In this document: positions 25,765 through 38,502 of the stretch, in pieces
Numbering within the stretch: the stretch's first letter is position 1
How the letters are laid out: the number at the start of each line of letters is the position of its first letter
Assembly (NCBI RefSeq): GCF_963921235.1
Contig: NC_086097.1
Span: forward strand, 89,654,001 to 89,718,000
DNA: 64,000 bases
Origin: Mobula hypostoma
Lineage: Eukaryota
Direction of reading: 5' to 3'
The notes under the pieces: generated by a model
The model's input: only the letters and a program-made list of their open reading frames with translations
Databases searched by the model: none
Told to the model about the DNA's origin: nothing
Position numbers and translations under genes: made by a program

Positions 25765-28700
25765 TTTTGGAGTCTGTTGGGAGAGATGGCTCATCAGGTG
25801 AAGGCAGCAGTAGCCAGGATCATGGCACTGTGCGTGGCTCTGCTGCGCATGAGGGCAAGAAAAACAGTGGCGGGGCTGTTGTGGTAGGGGGTTCCATGGT
25901 AGGGGAATAGAGAGGAGCTTCTGTGACCACGAATGGGCCTCCCGTATGGTGTGTTGCCTCCCGGGTGCAAGGGTCAGGGATGTCCTGGAGAGGCTGCAGG
26001 GCATTCTGAAAGGGGAGGGTGAGCAGCCAGCTGTCATGGTGCATGTAGGTACTATAGGAAGGAAGCAGGATGATGTCCTACAAGCTGAATTTAGGGAGCT
26101 AGGAGATAAATTAAAGAGTAGGACCTCAAAGGTAGTAATCTCAGGATTATTACCGGAGCGACGTGCTAGCCAGAGTTGGAATAGCAGGATAGATAGAATG
26201 AATATGTGGCTTGAGCAGTGGTATAGGAGGGAGGGTTTCAGATTCTTGGGGCACTGGAACCGCTTCTGGGGGAGTTGGGACCAGTACCATCCGGATGGTC
26301 TACGTCTGGGTGGGGCCGGGATCAATGTCCTGGGGAGATTGTTTGCTAGTGTTGTTGGGACGGTTTTTAACTAATATGGCAGGGGGATGGGAACCCACAC
26401 AGAGAAGAAGAGGGAAGTGATGCAGAGACCAAAGTAGGTTAATGAAGAAAAAAGTAGAGTGCATAAAGGTAAAAAGCAAAAATTGCACAGGTCACTACAT
26501 TCTAAAAGGACAACGACTATAAGGGCTTTTTATCTAAATGCCCATAGTATTAGAAACAAGGTTAGTGAATTTGTGGCACAGATCAGTCCAAGGCATATGA
26601 TTTAGTGGCCATTACAGAAATCTGGTAGCAAGGTGGAGATGACTGGGAATTAAATATCCAAGGGTATTAGGTAATACGGAAAGATAGGCAGAAAGGCAGA
26701 GGAGGTGGGATGGCGCTCTTGATTGTGGATGAGATCAGGGCGATTGTGAGAGACAATATAAGATCTACGGAGCAGAATGTTGAGTCCATCTGGGTAGAGA
26801 TGAAGAATAGTAAAGGGAAAAAAATCACCAGTGGGTGTTGTCTATAGGCCACCTAATAAAAATATTGCAGTGGCAGAGGCGATTAACCAAGAAATAACTC
26901 AGGCTTATAAGAACGGAACGGCAGTTGTCATGGGGAATTTTAACTTCCATATAGATTGGGTGAATCAGGTTGGTTAAGGAAGTCTTTAGGAGGACTACAT
27001 AGAATGCATCCGTGATGGCTTTCTTGAGTAGCATGTTAGTGAATCTACAAGGGAAAATGCTATCTTAGACCTAGTCCTGTGTAATGAGACAGGTAAGATT
27101 AATGATCTTGTAAACAGGGATCCTCTTGGAAAGAGTGATCATAGTATGATTGAATTTCGCATTCAGATGGAGGATGAAATAGTTAGATCTAAAACTAGTG
27201 TGTTATACTTGAACAAGGGAGACTACAACAGGATGAGGGAGGAGATGGCTAATGTGGATTGGGAGCACAGGCTATTTGGTAGGACAGTTGAGGAACAGTG
27301 GAATACTTTCAAAGAGATTTTTCACAGTGCTCAACAAAAGTATATTCCAGTCAAAAGTAAGGACAGTAAGTGTGAGGAGAGCTAGCCTTGGATAACTAAG
27401 GAGATAAAGAGATAGTGTCAAATTAAAAGGTCATGTGTACAAAGTCGCAAGGAGTAGTGGGAGACTGGAGGATTAGGAAAACTTTAAAAAGCAACAGAGA
27501 ACAACTAAACAAGAAATAAAGAAAGGGAAGATAGAGTATGAAAGTAAATTAGCACAAAATATAGAAACAGCTAGCAAAAGTTTTTATAAATATATAAAGC
27601 GGAAGAGGGTGGCTAAAGTCAATGTAGGTCCCTTGGAAGACCAGAAGGAGAAATCAATATTGGGTGATAAGGAAATGGCTGAGGCATTGAACGTCTATTT
27701 TTTGTTGGTCTTCATGGTGGAGGACACGTCTAATATGCCAAAGAAGGATGTTATGGATGAAATGGGAGGTGAGGACCTCGATAAAATCGCTGTCACTAAA
27801 GAGATAGTGATGAGCAAACTAGAGGGCCCAAAGGTAGATAGTCTCCTGATCCAGATGGGATGCATCCCAGGGTGCTGAAGGAATTGACAGAGGTTATGGT
27901 AGACGCTTTGGTAATCATTTATCAAAACTCTCTAGACTCTGGGACAGGTCCCGGCGGACTGGAAGACAGCAAATGTCACGGCACTTTTTTGAAGAAGGAT
28001 GTAGGCAAAAGATGGGCTACTATAGGCCAGTTAGCTTAACATCTGTAGTTAGGAAAATGCTTGAAGCTGTCATCAAGGAAGAAATATAGAAACATTTAGA
28101 AAGGAGTGGTTCCATTAGACAGACACAGCATGGATTCAGAAAGGGCAGGTCCTGTTTGACAAACTTACTGGAGTTCTTTGAGGACATAATGAGTGCAGTG
28201 GATGGAGGGGAACAGGTGGATGTTGTATACTTGGATTTCCAGAAGGCGTTCGATAAGGTGCCACACAAGAGACTCATAAATAAGATACGGATGCATGGAG
28301 TCGGAGGAAGTGTATTGGCATGGATAGTGGATTGGTTAACCAATAGAAGGCAAAGAGTTGGTATAAATGGGTGTTTCTCCCCTTGGCAGTCAGTGGTGAA
28401 TGGGGTGCCACAGGGGTTGGTGCTCGTCCCGCAGCTGTTTACCATTTACATTGATGATTTGGAAGAGGGGACTGAGTGTAGTGTAGCAAAATTTGCTGAT
28501 GGCACTAAACTGAGTGGAAAAGCAAATTGTACAGAGGATGTGGAGAGTCTGCAAAGGGATATAGATAGGCTAAGTGAGTGGGCCAAGGTCTGGCAGATGG
28601 AATACAACGTTGGTAAATGTGAGATCATCCACTTTGGAAGGAGTAATAGAGCAGATTATTATTTAAATGGTGAAAGATTGCAGCATGCTGTTGTGCAGAG

Positions 28701-29409
28701 GAACTTGGAATTGCTTGTTCATGAATTACAAAAAGTTGGCTTGCAGGTACAACAGGTTATTTAGAAGGCAAATGGAATGTTGGCCTTAATTGCTAGACGG
28801 ATTGAATTTAAGAGCAGGGAGGTTATGCTGCAACTATACAGAGTACTGGTGAGGCTGCACCTGGAGTACTGTGTGCAATTCTGGTCTCCATACTTGAGGA
28901 AGGATATACTGGCTTTGGAGGCAGTGCAGAGAAGGTTCACCAGGTTGATTCCAGGGATGAAGGGATTAACCTATGAGGAGAGATTGAGTCGCTTGGGACT
29001 ATACTCTCTGGAGTTCAAAAGAATGAGAGGGGTTCTTATAGAAACATACAAAATTTTGAAAGGGATAGATAAGATAGTAGGAAAGTTGTTTCCCTTGGTA
29101 GGTGAGACTAGAACTAGAGGACATTGCTTCAAGATTCAGGGGAGAAGATTTAGGACTGAGATGAGGAGAAACTGCTTTTCCCAGAGAGTGGTGAATCTGT
29201 GGAATTCTCTGGGAAGCAATTGAGGCTTCCTCACTAAATATATTTAAGAAACAGTTAGATAGGTTTTCACATAGTAAGGGAATTAAGGGTTATTGGGAAA
29301 AGGTAGGTAGATGGAGCTGAGTTTACGGACAGATCAGCCATGATCTTATTGAAAGGCAGGGCAGGCTCGATGGGCCAGATGGCCTACTCCTGCTGCTATT
29401 TCTTATGTT
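25765..29409 (+). mobile_element. Near full-length CR1 LINE (esterase ORF1 plus EN-RT ORF2, disrupted) nested in an opposite-strand CR1
   Basis: ORF1 VVGGSMV, CCLPGARVRDV, VHVGT, VVISGLLP, DGLRL; ORF2 YLNAHSIRNK, GKSDHSMIEF, YLDFQKAFDKVPH, GVPQG, KFADG; cttatat at 25758-25764 and 29410-29416. Confidence 0.95.
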
Positions 29410-29416
29410 CTTATAT

Positions 29417-30860
29417 ATCTGATTCCTTAGAATACCTTCCAATAACTTTCCCACTACTGATGACAGGCTCACTGGCTTATTCTTAGAGCCTTTCTTAAAC
29501 AATAAAATTCCTCCGTCTCCACCGCATAAAACAACTTTAGCTATTTTCCAATCCTTTGGCACCTTACCCATGGCTAGGATGGTTTAAATACATCTGCTAG
29601 GGCCCATGCAATTTCTGCATTTGCTTCCCCCGAGGTCTGAGGGATTGTCAGGAGCTGACACTGATCCACTCTAATTTTCCTCAAGACAAGCATCTTCTCC
29701 TCTGTAATCTATTTAAGATCCATGACTCAAGACAGTAAACACCTCCTTCCCTGCAATCTGTATAGGGTCCATGACCTCGCTACTGCTTTGCTTCACTTCT
29801 ATGGACTCTGCGTCTGTTTCCCGAGAAAATACATATAGAAAAAATCCATATAAGATTACCCCATCTCTTTTAGCTCCATGCATAGATGACCATTTTGACT
29901 TCCAGAGGACCAACTTTGTCCCTTGCGATCTTTTGTTGTTAGTATATCTGTAGAAGCCTTTCAGATTCTCCATCACCTTGTCTGCTAGAGCAGCCCTATG
30001 CCTCCTTTTAGCCGTTCTGATTTCCTTCTTAAGTGCTCTCTTGCATTTCCTACATTCCTCAAGTACCTCATTTGCTCCTTGCTTGCAACCCACTATGCAT
30101 CTGCTTCTTCTTCTTAACTAAGGCTTTAAAATCTCTTGAAACCCAGGATTCCCTAAACCTGCTATCCTTACCCTTTATTCCGACAGGAACATACAAACTC
30201 TGTACTCTCAATATTTCACTTTTGAAAGCTTCCCACTTATCAAGCACACCTTTGCCAGAAAAGCAACATGTTCCAATCCATTCATTCTTTCTGATACCAT
30301 TAAAATTGGCCTCTCCCCAATTTAGAATCTCAACCCAAGGACCAGACCTATTTGTCTCCATATTTATCTTGAACCTAAAGACATTATATGTTGGCGCGTG
30401 GCCAAGTGGTTAAGGTGTTTGTCTAGTGATCTGAAGGTCGTTAGTTCGAGCCTTGGCTGAGGCAGTGTGTGTGTGTGTCCTTGAGCAAGGCACTTAACCA
30501 CACACTGCTCTGCGATGACACTAGTGCCAAGCTGTATGGGTCCTAATGTCCTTCCCTTCGACAACACCGGTGACGTGGAGAGGGGAGACTTGCAGCATGG
30601 GCAACTGCTCGTCTTCCATACAACCTTGCCCAGGCCTGCGCCCTGGAAACTTTCCAAAGCGCAAATCCATGGTCTCACGAGACTAACGGATGCCTATATA
30701 AATGCCATTATGATCACTAGCTCTAAAGTGATCCCTTACACACACTTCTGCCACCTGCCCTATCTCATTCCCTGATAGGAGATCAAGTATTGTGCTCTCT
30801 CTAGTTGGGGCCTCTGTATATTGTTTAAGAAAACTTTGCTGAACACATTTGATAAGCATC
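29417..30860 (-). mobile_element. CR1 LINE (host copy, 5' part of ORF2)
   Basis: VPKDWKIAKV, LNWGEANFNGIR, KWEAFKSEILRVQ. Confidence 0.85.
30389..30697 (+). mobile_element. tRNA-derived SINE with CORE-like segment and RTE-like 3' half
   Basis: ggcgcgTGGCCAAGTGGttaagg..GTTCGAGCC, gtgtccttgagcaaggcacttaac; inserted in CR1 with cattat on both sides. Confidence 0.85.
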
Positions 30861-31204
30861 CCATGAGAAGTTTTATAGGTGCTTTAGAGTGCAGCCAAGC
30901 ATACTTCAGCTTCTTATTTATAGCAACAATGTACTACTCACCAGACCGGCACCAGAGTTTCAGCCTAATTTGCCTTAATTAATTTTTGATCTCATAATCT
31001 CCTGACTAAGAAGTAAGCGAGTGCTCTCTGTAGAGCTGCAGGCAGATGCTATGACATTACGCAAGCAGGATCTGATGGAGGATTTGGGACCAGCTGTGGT
31101 GCTCAGTCACCACAGGAAGGCAAAGGGCTCTCAGCAGGGCTCAAAGGTTAGCAGGTGATCTTGCACTCACAAGCAAGAATCTCACCACAAGCCATAAACT
31201 GACA

Positions 31205-31930
31205 GAAGATGGAAAGCCCCACTTTATCTCTAGGGGGCTGCAATATAAAGAGGTGGATGTTATGCAGTAGTAGGAGATATAGTTCTAGTTAAATCATACC
31301 TGTAGTACAATGTTCACTTAGGCCGAGCACAATGACCTCAGAGAGGGAGTAGTGATAAAGACTGAAGGATGTTTAGACAGACATGCTCTCAATTTTAACA
31401 GTAGAGAAGATAAGGCAGTGATATGATTTAAAGCATTTAAAGGAACTCATAGGGTGAACGTGCTGAAAAAGTTTACAAGCAACTTGCCAGGACGAGAGGG
31501 CTTGAGTTATAGGTTAGCCCGGATGGGTCTCTGTTCCCTGGACATCAGAGGATGAGGGGTGACCTTATGTAAGTGTTTATATTTATGAGAGGCATAGATA
31601 AGGTGGATGGTAATAATCTTTTCCCCAGAGTTAGGGAATCCAAAACTAGGGGGCATATGTCTGGGGTGAGAGTGGAATTTTTCAAAGGGACGAGGGGAAC
31701 TTTTTATGCAGTGGGGGTTATGTGAAATGAGCCATCAGAAGAAGTGAGTCAGTCAGGTACAACAGTATCATTTAAGAAGCACTTGGACAGGTCCATGGAG
31801 TCATGGGGCTTGGGGAGATATAAACCAAACACAGGAAATTGGAACTAACTTAGTGGACAACATGATCATCATAGTTTGGTTGGAGCTAAGAGCATATATC
31901 TGTGTTGTATGACTCTATGACTCTGTATCC
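31205..31930 (+). mobile_element. CR1 LINE 3' fragments, degraded
   Basis: aggatgaggggtgacctta, tccaaaactagggggcat; tail tatgactctatgactct. Confidence 0.7.
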
Positions 31931-32799
31931 TTAATAATAGTCATCCAGGAATGATGTAAGAAAGTATGTCTCCAAACCAAAATCCGCCAGGCACTTGGAA
32001 CTTCCTCCCTCAATAGATCCTGGGGGTGGGGAGGGACAGATGAAGAAGCTAATGAAACATTTCAAGGCTAAGACAATTTCTGATAAAGGTTTTTTGACTA
32101 TGATTTCCTCTTTCTGCAGATGCTTACTGGGCTTTATGTGAGCCAGTACTTTTGAGGAAATGGAGTAAAGGTGAGTTAACAAAGTAGAGAGAAACAGAGA
32201 TCTATGATGCAACCAACAGGATAGACCGAATGGCCTCTTGTACTATCAAGTTCTCATGCTCCCTGAGCTCCTCATGATTCAGCCTAAGAATGTCTGAGCT
32301 AGCAGGGGAGCTGGCTGCAGGATGGACGGGGAGAGCATGCTGCTGGGCTTGGATGAATGGTTGCATAGGCTGATGTTGCATTTGGAGTTTTTCAGCTTCC
32401 TCGGTACAGTAACAACATTTCTAAAGGCACTTGGACAGGAGGAGTTTAGAGGGCTATTGGCCAAACATGGGCAAATGGGTCTAGCTTAGTTGAGCAACAT
32501 GGTCAGCTTATTTCCATTTTGTATGACACTATGATTCTGTTATTCTACACATTCTGGTGAACTAGAAGTCAATACAATGAGGTTTGAAAGATATATCAGT
32601 CTTCATCCATTTGAAAGATTTGGTCATACTGAGTTGCGTCTCAAGGCCATTAATACTAGAATTGATGGAAAAGCACACTTCCCAAGAATAAATATAACAC
32701 TTCCACCCTCCACAATGTATTTCACTTTGATATTAATCAGCTATGATTTTGACTTTATTCAACCACTCAAATCTCCTCCAAGCTTTTCCCTCATTGCTT

Positions 32800-33082
32800 T
32801 AGGGTGGGACGGTGGTGTAGTGATCAGCACAACGCTTTATGGTACCAGCAACCAGGAGTTCACTTCCCACCGCTGCCTGTAAGGAGCTTGTACGTTCTCC
32901 CTGTCACTGTGTTGGTTTCCTCCGGGTGCTCTGGTTTCCCCCCGGTCCAAAGATGTACCAGTCAGTGTAGATTGTCCTGTGATTAGGCTAGGATTAAAAT
33001 CGGGGGACTGCTGGGCGGCTTGGCAGGAAGGGCTGGGAGGGCCTACTCCATGCTGTATCTCAATAAATCAATAAATAAAAAT
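32800..33082 (+). mobile_element. V-SINE (HE1-like)
   Basis: ggtggtgtagtg A box; ctgtaaggagcttgtacgttctccctgt..tcctccgggtgctctggtttcc; tail tgtatctcaataaatcaataaataaa. Confidence 0.8.
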
Positions 33083-33789
33083 AAAGATCTAACTTTTCTG
33101 ATTAGGCCATGATTCTTATTCTAAAGTCATCTTAAAAGACTTAGTATTACATTTCTTTCTGAAGTATTTTGTGTTCAAAGACAGAATCAAAGAGTGAGTC
33201 ATTGTTATTCAATCACTAAAGGAAAGGGATGAACTTACCTTTCTAATTGAAGCCTGACCTCCCTGATCCCAGGGTGGTTGTTGATGCTGGGGGTAGGGAA
33301 GGGCCTGGCGGTGATGTCAGGGACTTCTTGTGGGGGGGGGGGGGGGTGAGGTTGGTTGGATGTGGTTTGCAGGGAATGCATTTTCAAATATACTCTTCTG
33401 TGAAACATTGAAACAACAAGTAATGACTCAAAGGTTGAGAGACGGTCAAAACTGCCCTGAAACCAAACAATTTCTATTTGATTTGGAGATCTGAAGTAAA
33501 AGTGCAAATCTTGCTGAGGGTGCATTTCTTCCCTCACTGATCTCTCTGTTCTCTATTCTGCAAAAAAGGATGTGAAAGTGCATGGTACAGGTGATCAGAG
33601 TGAGTGAGGGAAGACTCAGAGGAAGGAAGGAAAGATCTTCTAGCTCACATGAGTCACCAAGTCTGTATGTAAACTTGGTTTCCTATTAACTGAAGCCTGA
33701 GAAGATTGTGCCTCACGGAAGGAAGTCCATACATCATATCACACTTCCCTTAAGTCTTCATCAAATTGGTAAACTTATTTGTCACAAAG

Positions 33790-34790
33790 TCGACTTTGAT
33801 TTGACCTTAATTTATTATTGTCTCATGTACTGAGGTGCATGCCATCCATACAGGTAACTTCATTCCAACGTTGCATTGAGGTAGTACAAGGTAAAACAAT
33901 AACAATGCAGAATAAAGTGTAACAGCTACAGAAAAAGTGGTTGTGGTTGGCATCCATCTGTCTCGAAGGACAATGGGTGATGATCATCATCACAAGCCTG
34001 GGCGGAAGGTATGGAGATCCTGACATGCCCAGCCATCAAGACCCCCTCTCGGCCTCAGCAGTGTAGTCCAAAGGAAAGCATATGAAGCAATACGTTTGGC
34101 ACCAACTTGGCTGTAGGGGCTGTCGGAAGGATGTTCAATGACGTTTGGCCGCCTTAGGGGCTCCACTCCAGATTTGCTGTCCGCGTTTACTCCTGTAGCC
34201 TTTGTCTCTCCTGGGCTGCCCACGAGACAGTGGGGCTACTTACCCATAGCTGGGGATCTGGTTCAGGAGCACCAGGGCCTGTGTGCTACAGGTGCAGGGG
34301 CTAGACCTCCTTCTCATCTTCCGTAGCTCAGCCCGAGTCCGAAAAGAATTCAGTTTCCATGTGTTGCCAGCGAGGAGGCATTACATGAGGCTTGCTGTTA
34401 GAAAGGCTTACCCACTCAGCTCTCCTTTTCATAAGACAGCTAGCCCGCAGTGGAAGCTGAAAGTGAGAGCGACAAGCACAACCAACTGCACTACCACACT
34501 AGACACATTACAACAACCATTCTGATACCACAGAGAAAGTGCAGTGCAGGTAAACAACAAGGTACAAGATCATAACGAGGTAGATTGTGGGATTGAGGGT
34601 CCATTTTATCATCCCAGGTAACCATTCAATAGTTTTATAACAGGAGAGTAGAAGATGTCCTTGAACCTGGTAGCTGCTGCATTTTCTGCCTACTGGGAGC
34701 GGGGAGAAGAGAGCATCTGGGGTAGCTGGAGTCTTTATTATGTAGGCTGTTTTAATGAGGTAGCAAGATGTGCAGACACAGTCCATGCAA
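33790..34790 (-). mobile_element. Rex1-type LINE 3' fragment split by an RTE-derived insertion
   Basis: IIKTPATPDALFSPLPVGRK on minus; 3' UTR halves rejoin across 33940-34529. Confidence 0.7.
33940..34529 (-). mobile_element. Non-autonomous RTE-related element with 12-bp TSD
   Basis: acaga(a/g)aaagtg at 33928-33939 and 34530-34541; minus-strand end cttcgagacagatggatgccaaccacaac. Confidence 0.65.
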
Positions 34791-35339
34791 CCAATGAAGT
34801 ATAATCATCTTGGTTGGATTGTAAATGGAGTTACTGATTTGAAATCAGTCAGTTCACACTGATAATGATAATGAGGTAATAATGAAGATGGTTCAGAGGC
34901 ACATCTTGGCCTGGACGTCCTGGCAGAACATCTGATAGGGAATATTTATGTCCACCCTTGATGATAGATAGGGCAACTATTGATCTGTAACAAGACCTCA
35001 TTGCTGCCAACATGTAACTGAGTAACTGTGACCTCAGTAGCCAATCCCAGATGAAATATACCGCAGTAAAAGTAGCACTCTTCCAGCCACTGAGGAGTGT
35101 GCTGCTGCAAGAATGGGAGAATGGAAGGCACGTGCAGGGAGTTACAGAGGGCTAATGAAGGTCAGTGACTGTACGTGAGAGCTACGCAGACTCTCTAGTG
35201 CTTCAACCAGGCTCTCCTGGAAGAGGTCTTCTTTTTGGGTTGTTGCATATGAGGATCTCTTTCTGAGCTTTGGGGAACTCTACAATTCTATCAATATCCT
35301 GTACCAACTCACCCTGGATAAGACAGACAGTTGAAGCTC

Positions 35340-36655
35340 TCCCTTTATGTGTATAGACCTGGGAGGATCCACTCCAACAGATCCACAGCAGACGCATCCC
35401 ATTGGCCCTTCACTCGTCTGGAACATCTGGACAGCAAAGATGAATAGTTCAGAATGCTCTTTATCAGCTACAGCTTTGCACTTAATACTATCAACTAATC
35501 AATAAGCTTTGAGACCTTTGTTCCAAATACCTCCTTGCGTAACTGGATCCTCGACTTCTTCACTTGCTGACCCCAGTCAGTTCAGATTGCCAACAACATC
35601 TCATCCACGATCTCCATCAGCACAGGTGCACCACAAGTCTGTGTGCTTAGCCCCCCGTTCTACTGGCTTTACACTTACAACAGAGTAGTTAGGAACAGCT
35701 CCAATATCATATTTAAGTTTGCTGACATTACCACTGTCATAGGCCAAATCGAAAGTAGTGATGAATCAGCATAAAAGAGGGAGATTGGAAACCTGACTGA
35801 GTGGTGCCATAACAACAACCTCTCACTCAATGTCGGCAAGACCAAAGATCTGATTATTGACTTCGGGAAGAGGAAATCAGAGGTCCATGAGCCAGTCCTC
35901 ATCAGGGGATCAGAAGTGGAGAGGGTGAGTAACTTTAAATTCCTCATTGTTATCATTTCACGAGATCTGTCCTGGGCCAAGCATGTAAGTACAATTATGA
36001 AGAAACCTTGGCAGTGCCTCCAGTTCCTTAGAAGTTTGTGAAGTTTCAGCATGACATCTAAAACATCTAAGACTAACTTCTATAGATGTGTGGTGGAGAG
36101 TACATTGACTGGCTGCATCACAGGCTGGTATGGAAACACCAATGCCCTTGAATGGAAAATCCTACGAAAATTAGTGGACCCAATCACAACCTAATCCATC
36201 ATGGGTAAAGCCATCCCCACCATTGAGCACATCTACACAGTGTACACCTGCACCCTCACCACACATTTCATGCTCTCTTCTTATTTCTGCCATCAGGAAG
36301 AAGGTGCAGCAGCCTCAGACTCACACCACCAGTGAGTGTGAATAGTTACTACCCCCTCAATTATCAGGCTCTTGAACCAAAGAGGATAACTTCACTTGCC
36401 TCATCATTGAACTGTTTCCACAACCAATAGACTTACTTTCAAGGATTCTGCACCTCATGCTCTCAATATTTATTGCTTATTTATTTATTATTATTATTAT
36501 TATTTGCACAATTTTTTGTCTTTTGAACACTGGCTGAATGCCTGAGTTGGTGTGGTCTTTCATTGATTCTGTTATGGTTATTGGATTAATTGATGAATCT
36601 CGGTGTTGTATATGGTGATGTAAATGACAAATAATAAATTTACTTAGAACTTTGA
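35340..36655 (+). mobile_element. Rex1/Babar LINE RT and 3' end
   Basis: STGAPQVCVLSP, KFADITTVIG, NVGKTKDLIIDF, ESTLTGCITGWYG; tail gaactttgaa. Confidence 0.9.
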
Positions 36656-37842
36656 AAGATATCAAATGCAGAGGTGAGCAGAAGATTGTGTGGATGTAAC
36701 ACAGATCATCAGCATCAGCCTGGAGTGGTGCTGAGGCCAGGAATCCAAGGTCGACCATTCCCTCGAGCAGGCCCCAGTGTGAATCTTTGTTTGGATCTGC
36801 AAGAGTTCAGAGATCCAGTGTGGACAATGAATGCAGTTGAAGCATCAATCAGCACCTTCAGAGCTCAGCACGAGAGGAACTGAGATTAGTAAAACCTGGT
36901 TGCTCTGTAGAGCAAGTAAGAAGTCATTTTTCAGACGAGGTTGAAAGCTGGACCTTGGGGGTTGTACTTACATTCGTACCATCTGGGAGAATATCACACC
37001 AGAGGAAATGTGACATCACAAAAGAATTTCCAGCTGGAAAGTTTAGTTGGATAATGACCCCTCTGAAATGTCTACAACATCGCTCTGCTCAGAGCTAAGA
37101 CAATTTCTAAGGACACGGGACCAGTTCTTTTCAGAGTTACCCAAAGACCACCATCCCTAACTGCAGGACTGCCTCAGGACACCTCTGGGTGCATTGGGGC
37201 CTGTATTCTGTGCTCTAGACTCCGGAGAAGGGATTAAACCCATGATCTTCTAACTCTGAAGCTACAGCATTACCCACTAAGAGAGAAGCAGGGTCATTCA
37301 CTCCAGTATCAGATGCTACCTCTCCTCGAGCACTCCTCTTTAATCCCTGGTAGTCTATTCAACTATGGATATCAGTTTGCCTCTCATGTACTCTGTGTCA
37401 TAAGCTCCACACAACAGGGTAAGGAAATCGCAGGCACAGGTTTAATTAAAAAAGCAGTTCAGTGGTTGGGACCTCATTTTTCCCCGAGATGTGCGTGCTC
37501 CAGTTTGTTTATGTCTTTCGTCCTTCATTAATTTCCAAAATAGAATCGCCTGTGGCAAAGAGCCCAGTAAGCCCTGAGTGTGCTGGGCGGTGCACTGCAC
37601 ACTCTGTTACTACAGGGCTCTTTGTGTTCACTCACCCTTCATTCTGTTGTCACAAGGAAGGATTGTTGCAAAATTAAAATGTTTTTGTGGAGTTCAGGGC
37701 AGATGTTGTACTTCTGAGGGATTTAGTCAAAGCGGACAAAGGGGCACTGGATGTTACTTGAGAGTCAATGTTCGTGGAGACAGGGAGTGACCTAGAGTCA
37801 GGGCTTGAGACTACCGGCAAGAGGAGAGTGGGAGACAGGCTA

Positions 37843-37909
37843 ACACACACACATTGAAACACACTGATAAACATGACATCGACATAATATACAAACACAC
37901 AAATACTCA

Positions 37910-37950
<41 letters not shown>

Positions 37951-38289
37951 GCGCACACACGCAAATACACAAATACACATGCACACATACACACACACGC
38001 ACACACACACTCACACATACACGTGCGTACACACACACGCGCGCATACACACCACGTACTCACACACACACAGACGCGCACACACACAAATACACACACA
38101 CATGCACACACACACTCACACATACATGTGCGCACACACACACACACGTGCGTGCACCACACACTGAAACACACAGATAAACATGACACCGACATAATGT
38201 ACAAACACACAAATACTCAGACACACAAAGCACACACACACAGACGCGCGCGCATACACACACTTACTCACACATGCACACACGCGCAT

Positions 38290-38333
<44 letters not shown>
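37843..38333. repeat. Compound (CA)n microsatellite with a duplicated ~70-bp unique unit
   Basis: Unit tgaaacacac.gataaacatgaca.cgacataat.tacaaacacacaaatactcag at ~37855 and ~38165. Confidence 0.95.
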
Positions 38334-38335
<2 letters not shown>

Positions 38336-38502
38336 CAAACACACAAAGTAAATCACTAAGGGATAGAACTTTATTCTCTTTTGCTGCCAAGATTTTAAGG
38401 CTCCAAACCTCTGTTTCTAGAATGCTTGAAATTAGTTTAGCCAAAATAGCTCAAAAGGGCAGCAGATTAGTGGAGGGGCAGCACAGTAGGGTAGTTTTTA
38501 AC

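Noticed and set aside
25946..26374. SGNH esterase-like ORF as a host lipase
   Set aside because: It is CR1 ORF1, directly upstream of ORF2 and disrupted at its 5' side.
30389..30465. tRNA gene
   Set aside because: tRNA-derived SINE head that continues into the SINE body; second copy at 14768-15078.
36972..37033. 62-bp minus-strand exon-like segment (ctttccag...AAT|GTAAGT)
   Set aside because: Only splice-like motifs, no recognisable product; chance occurrence is likely in 64 kb.
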